Part shown: in pieces, positions 1-13,900 of the stretch
How positions within the stretch are numbered: position 1 is the first letter of the stretch
How the letters are laid out: the number at the start of each line of letters is the position of its first letter
DNA from: Entomortierella parvispora E1425
Lineage: Eukaryota; Fungi; Mortierellomycota
Assembly (NCBI GenBank): GCA_020891255.1
Contig: BQFW01000001.1
Coordinates: 2,356,001-2,420,000 of the forward strand
Reading direction: 5' to 3'
DNA length: 64,000 nt
Position numbers and translations under genes: made by a program
The notes under the pieces: model-generated
The model's input: only the letters and a program-made list of their open reading frames with translations
Database searches by the model: none
What the model was told of the DNA's origin: nothing

Positions 1-3000
1 AGAACAATAAATGCAAAACAAGGTTAAGTCTCTGAGTTCTCGAGTAACTGATGCAAAAGAATCCGGTTCGTACCCAAGCTTTCTGTGAACATAGCCTTGA
101 CAAGGTTAATGGCGATATCCGCTGGCAAGCCAAAGTCGATGTTATTGATGTCATTTTCTGTGTCAGCACTATCATAAAAGAATGTTGCCAAAATGTGATT
201 AGTAAAATAGTTTTTGTTCTAATTACCTGCAGCTTCAGCTCATTTGCCTCTTACCCAAGGACGCGGCGAGGTTCACACCACTCCAACAGCTGCTGAGCCA
301 TGATCGTTGGCGTGGGCATGTTGGTCTTGGAATCTTGATAGAGCTGGATGAGATGCACCAAGATGGGAACAAAAATCTCGCTCAAGATTACCTGATTCTC
401 GTGAGCAGAATGGAAGTAAACCTGCATGAAGTAGCTCAGACATTGTCGGAGGTGGTTGTTGTTGGCAGTTTCGGGATCAAAATACATTGTAATCAATGTG
501 CGCAAGATCTTATATAAAATTGGCGTGTTAGCAAACATGCATCCCGGTTCAGATCAATTCCCCAAAGGCCCTGAGGAGTACAATACCTGTGCATTCTTCA
601 ACAACTTGGTGAGCATCAACTTGGCCAATCCCTCGGCTGCAATGGCTTGCAGTTCGGGTGTCGTGCTTTCAAGGACCTTTGATAGATCCGTAATGATTCT
701 ATCCTCTGTGATGTTGGCAGCCATGTTCTTCATGCCAAACGTGAGAAGCAAGTCAAAGACAATCTAAGAGACATGTAGAGCTCAAAGTTAGTCACGGAGA
801 TCTAGAAGTAGCACACCTCAAGCCACCACGTGGCACTATACCTTTAGTGAGAGGGCATGCAGTGTGTCGTTGGCGTTGTCTGCGAATATACATGTCAAGA
901 ACAACTCCATGTTGCCTTGAGCAAGCGCTTGATCCAATGCACAAATCAGACCAAGGCATTGCAAACCGAGCTGTTGCATGACTTCCTCATGTCTTGCAAG
1001 GGCTGGAATAACCAACTCGTTTAAAAGACCATACATATACGAGTTCTCTGTGAGGGGCTAGGTGGAAAAAAAAAAGATGTCGATTAAATGCCAAACATGA
1101 TAATGGTGATCTCTCTCCTATATTCCAGTCGCACTTGCTTACCTCTTCGCTCCGTTCCAACATGAATTTTGTAATCGTCAAGCAACGGATACGAATCAAC
1201 GTTGCCTCCATTTCACTCGGTGCCTTTCCAATGTCCTCTGCAGCAACGGATGATCTTCGTCTTGATATACTGCGTTTGCGTTTCCTTGGCGTGTCGGCCA
1301 TATCCAAGGTTTGATCGTCGGGGGAATCATCGTCATCCTAACGTTGGAGGGAAATATTTAGTATCCTTCTCGTATGGCCCAATCTGTGTCTCGATCATAT
1401 CAACCTTACATCCGAGCCTTCGGGATTTCTCAGGTACTCTTGCTCATCAATACTAGTGCGAATATCAGAGATGATCTCAATGACAATACGCGTAAAATCT
1501 TTCTCGTTCAGAGAAATCTTTCCCATTGTCTCCACAATACAATCCAAATGCTTGTCAGGGATATCATCGAGCATGAGCATTTCACCTAGAAGAAACTCGT
1601 GTTGATAAGATAAATGTCCTCAGATCACCAGGGCTCTCCAGCATCTTGCACTTACGAAGAAGGTTAAACATCTTGCGTCGACCGTTTTCGTCCGCGTAGT
1701 CGAGAAGCTTGGCGATCATCAAGAGTTGAGTCACAATGAACTCGGCTTCGGGGCGGTTCTCTTCTTCAGCCTCTTGCATCATGTTGCTGTATTTTTGGAT
1801 GTAGAACGCATGTCGAGTGACCTCTGGAACGGCTTTTTCGAACTGGATGTCATCGTCCTTGCTCCTGCAAAACTCTGCATAGGCTCTGACAAGAAGCGCA
1901 CTTTCTACAGTGAGATTGAACCAAAACACATCTTTCCACGTAATGAGAAGAACGATAAGTCAGTGTCATATTATCAACTCGTCCTTATCCGCTCCGTTGC
2001 ATCAAATATTATATCCTCACCATCAAATGTGAGGTTTCCAATGATGTCTGCTCTGTAGTCAAAGAATGCTCTGAGAACGTCGTCGGCTACGTCGCTGCTC
2101 ATCACGTCGAGGCGCTGTAAGAACTCGATAAGGTTGTCATCTGCTTGCTGGATCCACTTTGTTGCTACCATTTTGGCACATGCCTTCTTTACACCCTCAT
2201 CTCTAAGATGAGGAGATCCCTGAGTGTCAGTCATATTCAAAGTAGAAGCAAAGTCCTAGAAGTCTTAGAGTCCCAAAACCAACCTGTCTGAAAGACCGTA
2301 TCGCAAAAGTCTTTCTCTCTCCCCGATCGAGAGCTTGCGAAAGTCTGAAAGTTCATCCATAGGCTTTGCAAATACACTGCGACGATTATATGGATCAATG
2401 TCCCGTGCACGCTCCAGAATGAAGGGCAATGTCTCCTTGGATTGCTCAATGTTGAAAAGCGCGGAACGGCGAACCTCGCTAGGCATCCAAGTATATACGG
2501 TTAAAACTAACATCACACGATTCTTTGTTCAGTTATTCAGCCGCAGTGATCTATACTTACGAACTCATGTCGTGTTGCATCATGTCCACAAGCTTTTGCA
2601 CCACATTGTCCTCGTTATCGCCAGACTCTTCTTCTCCTTGAAGTTTCGACAGTGCAAAGACAGCTTGAACGCGCACAGCCGACTCCTTATCCTTGACTCT
2701 TTCCATTAGACTGCTCTTGAGCTGGGTATACAGATCATCACTAAGGGATGAAAGTGCAACCGTGTTAGCCATCCAGCAACTGTCGCCAGGGCGAACGGAT
2801 TTTCAAATCAAATCAGCAAACACATACTCCATTGCTCCCAATGAGTTGGTGCTCAAAGCAATAAGCTGACAGCAGCGAAGTCGAACAAGTTTCTCCTTGA
2901 CACGAACTCCCTTCAGCAAGTGGTGCATGAGATACTCCACGAATCTTGACGAGATGCCCTCTGAGCCTTCCTCATCCTCAGTCTCAGTTCCGACCACAAT

Positions 3001-3475
3001 ATCTATTCAAACATATTTTAGTCAACTGTTGTTCATAGTCGCTCCTGTCGACAAAAAATAATAAAAAGTGAGAACCCTCACCTTTCTCTCGCGTGCAGAG
3101 AATAAAAGTGGAGACAAACTGGATAACCCTGTCTGCTACGGGGTCTTTCTTCTTGACAGCGAGGACAACATTGAGATTGCGGATGAATTCCTTGTTGAAT
3201 GCTTCCTCTCCTTGTTCTCCTGCTATTTCGGCGCATTGTTCCTGGATCTTGCGGAGCATGATGGAGTTTTTGCGATGGTTGGCGACGGTTTTTTGAGATT
3301 CCTGAAAGATGGAGGGCACTACGGTCCGCAAAGTGTCTATAGCAGTTGGCTTTTTGGGCTTTGAAGATGCTCCTTTGGGCGTGGACCTGCTGTTGGGAGC
3401 ATTGTTACCGGCGCTGCTGTCTGCTGAAGTAGAAGTAGAAGTGGCGGCCTGGGAGGCCTTTTTCGCCTTGGCCAT
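1..3475 (-). CDS. YCG1: Condensin non-SMC HEAT subunit G (CAP-G/Cnd3), multi-exon, 3' end runs off the window
   Basis: Exon ORFs give IFQESQKTVANHRKNSIMLRKIQ, LRERVKDKESAVRVQAVFALSKLQ, MWMDPSPEVRR-like segment, LQAIAAEGLAKLML, LRQCLSYF; these are typical Cnd3 motifs. GT-AG introns; ATG at 3475. Confidence 0.93.
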
Positions 3476-3780
3476 GAGGTATAGATGAAGGCCGCTGTTC
3501 CTGTGGAGAGTGGATGTGAGTGGCCCTTGTCTTTAGAGTCGAGGGATGCAGGGAGGAGAGACGGAGAGAAGAGAGGACAGCATGCACACACTCACAAGCA
3601 CACAACAAATATTCGCCAGACGCGACTCGGCGTGACCGACGAACCAACCCTTGAATCGATTTAGTGGCGGCTCAAAGCCACAGATGTCTCTCCTGCAGGG
3701 TCATCTTTGACAGACATTCATTCTCTCTTTGCACAACGCACTCGCTCACACATTCGCTCACTCAGGACAGGCACTGGACT

Positions 3781-4332
3781 ATGGATTCGAATCGATCGAC
3801 CCCCGCACGCGACCTTGGCTATTCCCCAGCACCCCAGGAGCGAGAAAGAGGCTCACGGCCACCAAAGTCCATCGGCGTATGTAGCGGTTATAATGGAGAA
3901 GCACATTCCCACAGACTCATGCTGGCCCATGCTGATGAAGTTGTCTTTGCTGACGAATGTACCTTTTGACTTGCTTTACACATGATAGGATCTTCTCAAT
4001 ACTGACCGTGAGGGATCAACGGCTTCATCTTCAGCGGGACCCACAAATCCTTTTGCAGGACTCTCCAAGGCAGAAATTGCAGAGATGCCCGTTCGACCTT
4101 ATCTGGACCAAACTGTTTTGCCTGTGCTTCTGGAGGGGATGAAACAACTGGCGAAAGAGAGGTAACAAAGTCTCCTTTGACCAGTTTGATCCGCTTTGAT
4201 ATCATCCAATATGGTCTCTGACTTGAATACTTTTTACGTCTATTTCAAATTAGACCCCAAAACCCATTGGAATATCTCGGACACTTCTTGTTGAATCACA
4301 GCGACACCGTTGGACGATCCCCTGGCCCATAA
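3781..4332 (+). CDS. DPY30: Dpy-30 / Sdc1 COMPASS subunit (3 exons)
   Basis: Spliced reading gives [39 protein letters not shown], the Dpy-30 motif; TAA at 4330-4332. Confidence 0.88.
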
Positions 4333-4557
4333 AATACCATCGCACCATTTCTCTCCAAGTCCCAGCATCATGCTGCAGCATGATCCATTCTCTGTAATAT
4401 ATTATTCGCCTGTTTCCTTTCCTCTTTCAATTCCTTTGTATGAAATGATGTTTTATTGTCAATGGAGTGAAAATGGTGTTGAGTGTTGATGAAGTGTCCG
4501 GAATCCTAGCTTCCCATAGTCCCCGGTGTATAGTCGGTTTATGTCTTTTTTCCAGAT

Positions 4558-5118
4558 TTACCACAACGCACGGCGCTTCTGACGCTGGATCACGATCTCC
4601 TGTGCCTTCCAGCCCTTCTTCTCAAAGGCCCGTTGCTGGGCCTTCAGACGGGCGACTTGGACTTCTTTTGAAGCTGGGACGTAGCACTGAACAAAAATTT
4701 CGCTGACGTTGTACTTCTTGGCGAGGTAAGAGCGGGTGTACTTGGCGGGGTTCTCGAGACGGAGGGCCTGCATCTCTGAAATCTGTTCTGGGGTCAACTT
4801 CGCGAATGTGGGGCGAGCGGCGACGGCCTTCAATGGTGGGGGGAGATCAGGATGTGAGAGAGGGGTAGTGGTAGCAGAGCCGGGTGTCCTTGAGGAGACC
4901 GAAGCAGGGGAGGGACGAGCGGAGGAGAGGATCGAGGTGGTGGGTCCGGCAGTGGGGCGACGAATGAAAATGGAGCCGTCTTCCAGAGGTGTTGCCTCGT
5001 TGCTGTTCTGGAGTTTGTGACGGAGACGGTAATGGCGGGGGAAGAGGGTGCGGGTGATGTTGGTTCCCATACCACGGGCCAATGCAGGCACGGGCATGCT
5101 CACTGTCGTCTTGAACAT
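4558..5118 (-). CDS. MRPL20: Mitochondrial ribosomal protein mL58 (MRPL20)
   Basis: Single exon: LTPEQISEMQALRLENPAKYTRSYLAKKYNVSEIFV...RRALW, matching the MRP-L20 family pattern. Confidence 0.82.
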   Translation of the reverse strand: MFKTTVSMPVPALARGMGTNITRTLFPRHYRLRHKLQNSNEATPLEDGSIFIRRPTAGPTTSILSSARPSPASVSSRTPGSATTTPLSHPDLPPPLKAVAARPTFAKLTPEQISEMQALRLENPAKYTRSYLAKKYNVSEIFVQCYVPASKEVQVARLKAQQRAFEKKGWKAQEIVIQRQKRRALW

Positions 5119-5478
5119 GGCGATGTGTATGTAAGTGTGTGTAAAGAGAAAAACGAATGCAGGAACGCAATGAATGTGAATGCAACCAACCCGATCAACC
5201 AAGGCAAGGGCTGTTTGGTTTGGTGGCTTTGAAGAGATGTGTTCACGTGATGGGTTTTGCGGCTCCTGTTGGTTGCCCTGAAAGTGGACTCAGCCCCGAG
5301 GGATTTTTGTGTTCAGACCCTCCCTTTGATTTTGATCGCCAAACTGCTCCCGAGGGAGGGCGTTGCTCACCATAAAAATAGGGTCCAAGGGTGCCCTCTG
5401 CCCCTCTCTTCTCTGCCAATCCTTTTCCCACCCACCTCCCTCCCGCACCCACATCCCACCACCCTCAGTGCCACCACG

Positions 5479-7810
5479 ATGCCGCCTGGACAGCACATTG
5501 TCAATGGCAAGAGATCCCCTCCTGGATCTACCATATTCCTGTTCCTCCTCCTGGGACTGGTCTCGCTCTGCAGTCTTCTTTCCATAGAGACCGTAGCTGC
5601 TGCACCTGCGGTGGCACAACTCCGTCCTTTAGAAGGCAAAAGACAAACGCCTTCGAAGGACCTGCATCGGGACCACTTGCTCCTGGCAGACAATGTCTTT
5701 TTGAACATTGAAGACATTCTCGACTCGCCAGAGATGGACCCATGCCAAATGTGCCTGAACGGAATGCAGGTTGCACAGACATTTTCCCGGGAAGCACCCG
5801 AGCTTGTTCCCGGTGTTCTTCGATCGCTTTGTCTTCAATATTCAATCATGAGGGCTGATTCTTGCTTGGGACTAATGGAAAGACTTGGTCCTGAGCTCGC
5901 CAGTATCTTTTCAGAAATGAATCTCGAAGGTTCAGACGGTTATTACGCCTGTGCGTACTCGTTTCCTGGATCTTGCCCTGTCCCTGTTCATGAACCTAAA
6001 CCAATTACCTTCCCCAAACCCAAGCCTGCCGACGCAAAGCAGCCTGCTCCCAGTGGCGAGGTCATTCAAGTTCTACACTTCAGCGATTGGCATCTTGACC
6101 CGTTGTACATGCCTGGTGCGGAGGCCAACTGTTCGCACTCGATGTGCTGTAGAGATTACGGACGATGGAATGACCCTGGGCCGATCAAGAAGCCCGCGTC
6201 CAAGTGGGGCGAAGCCAAGTGCGATGTTCCTATTACACTTGGTCTTAGTGCCATGGAGGCCATTACTCGCTTTGTGCCCAATGCAAGCTTTGGTTTGTTC
6301 ACGGGCGATATCGTCTCGCACGACACCTGGTTGATTACGGAAAAGTATGTGTCTGACGAAGAGACCAGGAGCTATAACATCTTCAAGAAGTATCTTCAAG
6401 ATCTCAAGCTCTATGTTGCTCTGGGAAACCACGACTCTTATCCTGCAGATCAAACCCCTGGGCGAGCCCGACCAGCGATGTATGAGACGCAACAATGGTG
6501 CGTATATCTGATTGATCCATTGACTGTTCAATTGACTCGGCTTGTGAGTGACCCTGTACTGACTCCTCTCCTCTCGACCTGTCTTGCCAACAGGCTTTAT
6601 GACCATGTGGCCAAAATTTGGGAAGAGAACGGATGGATTTCATCTGTTGAAGCCGAACACGCGCGTTCTCATAACGCCATGTTCATGACAAGACCTATGG
6701 ATGGTCTCAAGCTGATCACCTTGAACACCGATCTTTATTATGTGCGCAACTACTTTACTATGCTTGATACAGAGAAGGATGATCCTAGTGGAATGTTTCA
6801 TGATTTAATTCTGGAGTTGCAGGATAGTGAAGACCGCCAAGAAAGAGGTAAGCGCCTCTCAAGCCAGTGACGACAATGCACCATGTACTCCAAAATCTGC
6901 CTTTATAGACTCACACGCTCCCCTCAACGACTAGTGTGGATCATAGGGCACATGGCCCCTGTAACTTTATCATTATCTCGATCTTCTATTCTATTCGAGA
7001 GGATCGTTGCAAGATATTCTCCACATGTTATTGCTGGTATCTTCACAGGTCACTTTCACCTCGACAAGTTTGTGGTTGTTCATGACCCTGATGCTCCGGA
7101 GCAATCTCATGACAGTGCCATCAACGTTGTGTACGAGGGGCCGAGTATCACTCCCCTTGATAATGGCAATCCTGTAAGTTTTCAGATGGCTATCTATGGC
7201 CCGACAATAAACCGTTTGTCGGCACTAACACGCGTTGCATTTTTCTTGCCGTCCAATTTTTTTCTAGGCCATTCGATGGTATGACATAGACGCAAAAACA
7301 TTCTCAGTCGTGGACACGCACACAGTCGTAGCAGACATTATAAGTCAAGCCACTTACTGGGAGGAGCACGATCTCGAGCCTGTATGGAAGCTTGAGTACT
7401 CTGCAAAGTCCTTCTATGGCGATCCAGATGCCCCTTTGGGGCCGCATGACCCCCTGTCCCCTTCATTCTGGTACGACGCTGTGGAGAGAATGAAGGCGGA
7501 TCCCGACCTGTTCAACACGTATTGGTCATACTCGTTCAAATCATCCGCTAGGGCTAGCCCATGCCCGGAGGGTTCTGCGTGTGAGCAGCAGTCCCTCTGT
7601 CAGATGCAGGCTATTACGGTGGTCCAGTCTGATACTTGTACGGCAGAGAGTAAAGAGCAGCACCCAACGAAGAAGGACAAGCCAGAGAAGTTTGCGACAA
7701 CGCGATCAGGTCGAAAGGTCCAGGTGGATGAATACCGAGAACAGCGAGGCATCGAGGAAAATCTTCGCCGTCAACAGGCAGCTTTACACGCACGCAAATA
7801 CGATTTGTAA
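5479..7810 (+). CDS. Acid sphingomyelinase-like metallophosphoesterase with saposin-B domain
   Basis: Signal-anchor hydrophobic stretch, saposin-type Cys pattern (CQMC...C...C), and metallophosphatase motifs LHFSDWHLD, FTGDIVSHD, LGNHD, IIGHM, FTGHFH; introns near 6498-6593, 6848, 7174. Confidence 0.9.
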
Positions 7811-8147
7811 ATAAATATAGCGTATATATACCCGACGCCAAGGTCGCCGAGAAAGAGAAGAATAAAAAAAAAAGGGTGGTGGGTAAAATGTGGCTTAGAA
7901 GATAGCGCGCTTCCCCATTGATGATCGCATTGTCGCTCCTGCAGCATGCCCTGTCTGACAGTCTCCCTCATCCTTTGCTCCTTGTCTCTCTTTTTCTCGC
8001 CACACCATCCTACGAAGGACTTCAGGACCACATCCACTCTCAGACGTCCGAGATCAACTTTAGTTCAGGGACACTCAGGAATACCTCTAATTAACAGACG
8101 ACTAACGACCCGGCACCAAGGACCATTCCTCATTTACAACATCCAAC

Positions 8148-10517
8148 ATGAGCTCAAACATACCGGATGACGATGACGAGTTCCTTTATGGCGGTGCATC
8201 AGGATCTACTAAAGAAGACTCCACTCAAAAAGACAATGGTATGGGGCTGATTAGTCAATTGGAACAAGCTCATGGTTCTTATTCGAGATTTCGCGTCACC
8301 AACATCAATGTACCTTGGGCTTGACGCTTTGTCTTTTGTATCCTAGCCGTGGACAGTGAAGCGTTCGATCTTTATGGAGAAGGAGGAGAGTCTGGGTAAG
8401 CCCCATGTACTTTTCGCCTGTGGTTTTGTGCTGCCGGTCAAGTGAGTTGTGTCCTAATACAAGAGTCCATTCTTTCTTTTCATGTGAATAGATCAACAGG
8501 AGAAGGATCTGCCAGTGCCCCTCAGAAGACTAGCAGCGACTCAAAGGGCCAAGAGGGTGATGAGGCAGATGAAAATGACGAATCGGATGAAGGATCAGAA
8601 GAAGAAAGCGACTCTGTAAGTTCAGGAGGTTTGATGCATTTCTAGAAGATTGGTTCAATAGGCCAGGAGCCTCGTTGACTGACATGCAATTTTTATTCTC
8701 ATTGAACTTGTACAGGATATCGAGATTGTGATGGACGACGAAGACAGCAAACCGGACGCAGCAAAGTAAGAATCCACTTCAAGTTTTTAAATAGGGAAAA
8801 GTGATCAGTCCGCATGTCTCTAACAAAGGACGATATGAACCCATAATCTGCAGGCAAACCGTTGTAAATATCAAATCATCCACGCTGCCAGCCAAGCCTG
8901 GAACGACCACAGTCACCAATGCCAACGGAACAGTGGAAGTCATTGCGGCAACAAAGCCAGGTGCGGTCGATATTAATGCAGTTGGATCTATCGACGGCGT
9001 TGAACTTTACGACGTCGACCTGGATGGCTCTGATGATAAGCCATGGAGAAAACCAGGTGCCGATTTGACAGATTACTTTAACTATGGATTCAATGAGACG
9101 ATCTGGAGAGCATACTGCCAAAAGCAAAAGATGATGCGCGACAATCCCTTTGGCGGAAAGGTAACGGTCATTGTGAATATCAAAGGTGAACCATGGTATA
9201 TGTTCAATGATCTTTGATACTGATGGTGTTTGGGTGTTACCCGTTAGGGATTTGAGTTGGATCCCAAGATCTTGATGGACATGCCCGAGCTCGCTCTTGG
9301 TATGGCAGGAATGGCAGGAATGCCTGGCATGATGCCCGGTATGCCCGGTATGCCAATGATGCCTGGAATGCCTGGAATGGGGATGCCGGGTATGGGCATG
9401 CCCGGGATGCCGAACATGATGGGTCGCGGGATGCCCAATATGAACATGAACATGAATATGGGCAACATGATGAACCCAATGAACCAGCGCGGTGGAGCAG
9501 GAGCAGGACGTGGAGGTCGTTTCATGGGTCCTGGAGGTCCTGGAGGCCCTGGTGGACCTGGCGGACCATCGCGTCCAGATGTTGGCGGGCGCAATGACCA
9601 GAGTCCATCGTTCCCACGCAAGAATAGTGTCGGTGGACCGGATGATAACAACTCGAACGACGGACAGGGCTTCCAGTCTGGCAGCAATAACCAGCCATAC
9701 TATGGCGGGGACGGACCAGGCGGCTTTAACCAGGGTGGCTTCCGAGGAAATGCTCGAGGAGGTATGGGCAACCCAGGTGGCGCTGGACGTGGACGCGGTG
9801 GTCCTGGCATGGGCCGTGGTCAAGGCAACTTTAACCAATGGGATGGGCCATCGTTTGGAGGAGGCGGAGGAGGATTCCAAGGAGGTCGAGGATATAATCA
9901 AGGCTCAAACCCTCAGGCCCAGGGCTTCCCAGGACAGCCAGGACCCGTTAAAGCTCTAAATGATCGGGATGACCGGGACGATCGTCGCAGCCGCAGCCCT
10001 ACCAGCAACGACCGTGATCAACGTGAATCTCGTGAAAGTGGACGAGGCGATCGTGGACGTGACCAAAGCCGAGACCGCGGCACGCGCGATCGCGAACGCC
10101 AGGGAGATCGCGACAGCAGCCGAGTTTCAAGTAGAGATGGCAGTGGTCGAGGCAGCAGTCGCGAGAGGGGCTCAAGGGGCGATAGAGACCGGGACCGTGA
10201 CCACCATAGATCAGACAGGGACCGATCCGAGCGATACGATCGGTCAGACCGATCAGACGACCGCCGAAGTGGCGCCACCAAGGACAGGAGCCAGTCTGAG
10301 AAGGACAAGGTAATGCACCGATGTAGCGTCTGCGCTAGTCTTGAGTCGTGGTTGATTTTTTTGTTAGCTCTGCATCCCTTTTTTTAATGCCTCGTTTTCC
10401 GCTTCTTGTGTTTGTGTTTGTGATTAGGAGCGATGGGACCGCGAGGATGAGATGAGTCGGAAGAGAGGCGCGAGCTCGACTCCTCGGGACGACGAGCGGA
10501 AACGCGGACGGTACTAG
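8148..10517 (+). CDS. FIP1: Pre-mRNA polyadenylation factor Fip1
   Basis: [31 protein letters not shown] Fip1 motif, acidic N-terminus, GMPGM and RD/RS-rich C-terminus; last exon ends RKRGRY-TAG at 10517. Confidence 0.93.
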
Positions 10518-10719
10518 GTTTCTGCGTGGCCTCGATTTGTAGAAAAGAAATACAGAAAAAAAAAGAAACAAACTTTTTGCGAGAGACCCACAGAGAGGGA
10601 GGGGAGGAATGCATGTTTGTGTTCTTTGTCTGTGTGTGTTGAGTGGTGTGTCCAAGTGGTGCTTTGTGCCCTCGTCTGCTTTGCTTTGCTTGTCTGCCTC
10701 TTTTCTTTCTTTCCTTCCT

Positions 10720-10722
<3 letters not shown>

Positions 10723-10757
<35 letters not shown>
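10723..10757. repeat. (CT)n microsatellite
   Basis: Perfect CT dinucleotide run upstream of the P5B ATPase ATG. Confidence 0.95.
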
Positions 10758-10759
<2 letters not shown>

Positions 10760-10904
10760 CCCCCCTTCCACTGCGACCCCTTCTCTCCACTCACTCAGCT
10801 ACCTTGTCTGACCCACCGACCCTGCCCTTCCTCCCTCTTCACCCTCACCCACCGCTAGCAAACGAAAATACTCGCTTCAACACGGAGAGACCCTCGGCTG
10901 TTTA

Positions 10905-13900
10905 ATGGTCCACGCCCCATCCCATGACCCCCTCTCGCCCCGATTGCTCGACCAGGACAATGTTGATTCTATAAACCCAGCTGCTTCTTCTGCAGGGAGT
11001 GCCTTGTCTCGGAACCGTGCCTCCTCCACCGCGACTGTCGCCACCCTGACCTTTGAGCCCGCACCACAACCCTCATCTCCGACTTTGCCCTCTCTTGAAC
11101 ACCACCAGCGATTCAGCTACCCTCGAACAGTCGACTCGAACCGTGCTCATCCCTCAAAGTCCTTCTCATTCAACTCGATTTCAACGCGTGATGACGATGA
11201 GGAAGAGGACGAAGAAGACGAGGAAGAAGACGACGAGGACGTTGGAGACGAGTCCCAACCTATTTTGACCGCAGCAGCACCTGGACGGGCCAAACTTGGC
11301 AAGAAGCCTACATTTCTCGGTGAGTTTGCTTATTGATAACCACGGGGTGGAATGGAGTTGAATGGAGGTCTTTCCAACCGCATCTGACGGTGCACCATGA
11401 AGGTTTGGTTGGTTTGGTTTGGTTTGGTTTGGTTGGTCGGTTAGCTGAGTTGTTCCAGCCCCCCTGATCAGCCAGTTTGCCCAAGGCTGGACGCAGCCCT
11501 GGGTAAAAACCCAGAAAAAACCCCCCTACCAGAGCCCAGGGCATAGGAATCACACACTGACTTTTTTTTTTTTTTTTTTTTTTTGGCTCTGGTCATACAG
11601 GAAGGTCGACGTACGAGAATAGCCGCAGCATACAACATGTGCACCTGGAAGAGGAGGATGTTGAGCTGACCCTAAGCGGATACTGCTTTGTCCAATCACG
11701 TATCTACATGTACTATCTGGCCTGTTTGCTCAGTGGAGGGATCGTCTTTTTGTTGGCGCGCTGGATGCCTCAACGGTACATCATGTTCGTGGCACGATCC
11801 TGCGACATGGGCGATGCTGAGGCGGTGGTAGTCGAGGTAAGCATATGGGACGGGACGGGAAGGAAAATAGGAGGACTCCTTGAGGCGTGTGAACCACGAG
11901 AGTCGATCGATATTCTGGTACTCAGGTGTTTGGGGCTCTGGACGAAGGATGCTCGGCTAATATGATAATCATATATTTGTCTCCTCTGCGTAGAATGGAT
12001 ATGGACAACTGGAAACCCACACCGTGTTCACAAAGTACTATGGAGGGCCCATTGACTCGGTCTTCAGTCGTGCTCAACTGAGCCAGGATCATGGATATGG
12101 CGAATTGCAAGATGTAGATGCCATGGTAAACTGTTGCTTGCAAAAATCATCTGTAGTAGCAATGGTCCAAGACAATACCTAAACGCATTTACCTTTACTT
12201 ACGTCCTAACTTCTTTTTTACATTTTATAGTCGTCGGGCATGCTGCATGATATGCGCTATATTGACTATCAGTACATTCGCTTCATTTTCAACCCAGTCA
12301 CCCAAACATTTATGCAAAACTCATCATGGAAGGACCCGGAATGGTCAACAGTCGCCAATTGTGAGCGGGGACTGGGAAGAGAGAGTCATCAGGAGCGCAC
12401 CATGGTCTTTGGTCAGAATGTGATCGATGTGCAGGAAAAGACTGCTGGGCAATTGTTGGTTCAGGAGGTGCTGCATCCATTCTATATCTTCCAGGTCTTT
12501 TCAATGGCTCTTTGGTTCGCCGACGATTACTACTACTATGCAGCGTGCATCTTTGTCATCTCCACAGTCTCTGTTTTTACCGAGCTAATTGAGACCAAGA
12601 AGACCATGAGGCGAATGAGGAACATGTCAAAGTTTACCTGCAACACAAGAGTTTTCCGCTCTGGGCTTTGTACGTATCTTCAACAAGACATCGTGGCATG
12701 AGATTATTATTTCCTAATTCTAACTAATTGCTTCCTTCCTCTGTTCATGATGTTTATAGGGCGCATCATTGGCTCGGAGGAATTGGTGCCTGGAGATGTT
12801 TTTGAGATCACAGACTCCGGACTCGCTGTATTTCCGTGCGATGCTGTCCTGTTGACAGGAGACTGCATTGTAAACGAGAGCATGCTGACCGGGGAATCTA
12901 TTCCTGTCTCCAAGGTCCCCGTGACAGACAAGGTCCTGCAACTCTTGGATCTCTCCCTCGCCAATATACCCGCAGATCTCGCTCGTCATTTCCTTTTCTC
13001 TGGCACAAAAATCGTCCGAGCGCGACCTGGAACAGCCAACTCAAAGAGACGCCTCAGCGCCGAAGATTCTGAATATGGAATGAGGCAACCCATGCGTGGA
13101 CTTGCCATGGTAGTAAGGACAGGATTCAACACCACCAAAGGCAACCTAGTTCGTTCCATGCTTTTCCCGAAACCAAATGACTTTCAGTTCTATCGGGATT
13201 CTTTCCGGTTCATTGGAATCTTGGCCTGCATTGCTTTCTGCGGTTTCTTGGTCTCCACTGTCAACTTTATCAGGATCGGCGTGCCCTTCCGTCTCATGTT
13301 TATCAAAGCATTGGATCTGATCACCATTGTCGTACCACCAGCGCTGCCTGCCACCATGTCCATTGGAACCAGCTTTGCTATTGCACGTCTCAAGCGAAAC
13401 AGCATCTTTTGCATTAGTCCGACTAGAGTCAACATTGGAGGAAAGATCAACTGCATGTGCTTTGACAAGACAGGAACCCTTACAGAGGAAGGTCTTGATG
13501 TGCTCGGAGTACAGTGTGGAGACAGCGAGAATGGAAACTTCGGACCTTTAATTCAGAAAATCGAGGAAGTACAGTCTGCGCCAGAGTCGATGATTGAAAA
13601 GAGCACCTCTCTTGTTCATGCAATGACTACCTGTCATTCTGTAAAATCTTTGAACGGCGAGCTCATTGGCGATCCATTGGACCTTAAAATGCTTGAGTTC
13701 ACGCGTTGGATCCTGGAGGAGGGTGGGCTCGGAGCGAGAACCTCCAGTGTTTCGGAAACGGCCCACAATCGAGCTCAAGGAAATGGAGGTGGCATTGTAT
13801 CAACAGTTGTTCGACCCCCAGGTACAAAGCAGTTCAATTTAGACGACGTGCTTTCACATCATCCTTCGGAAATGATTGGATCGGTAAGCGAGCAAACAAG

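Noticed and set aside
1361-1368. U12-type intron donor GTATCCTT
   Set aside because: Lies on the strand opposite the YCG1 gene; the introns inspected were all ordinary GT-AG.
3620-3625. MCB/SCB cell-cycle box (ACGCGA) in the YCG1/DPY30 promoter
   Set aside because: A single 6-mer; plausible for condensin but statistically uninformative.
8876-9901. Long antisense ORFs (also 38916-39665, 46688-47842) as overlapping genes
   Set aside because: Shadows of codon-biased or low-complexity sense genes (FIP1, FAHD1, calreticulin).
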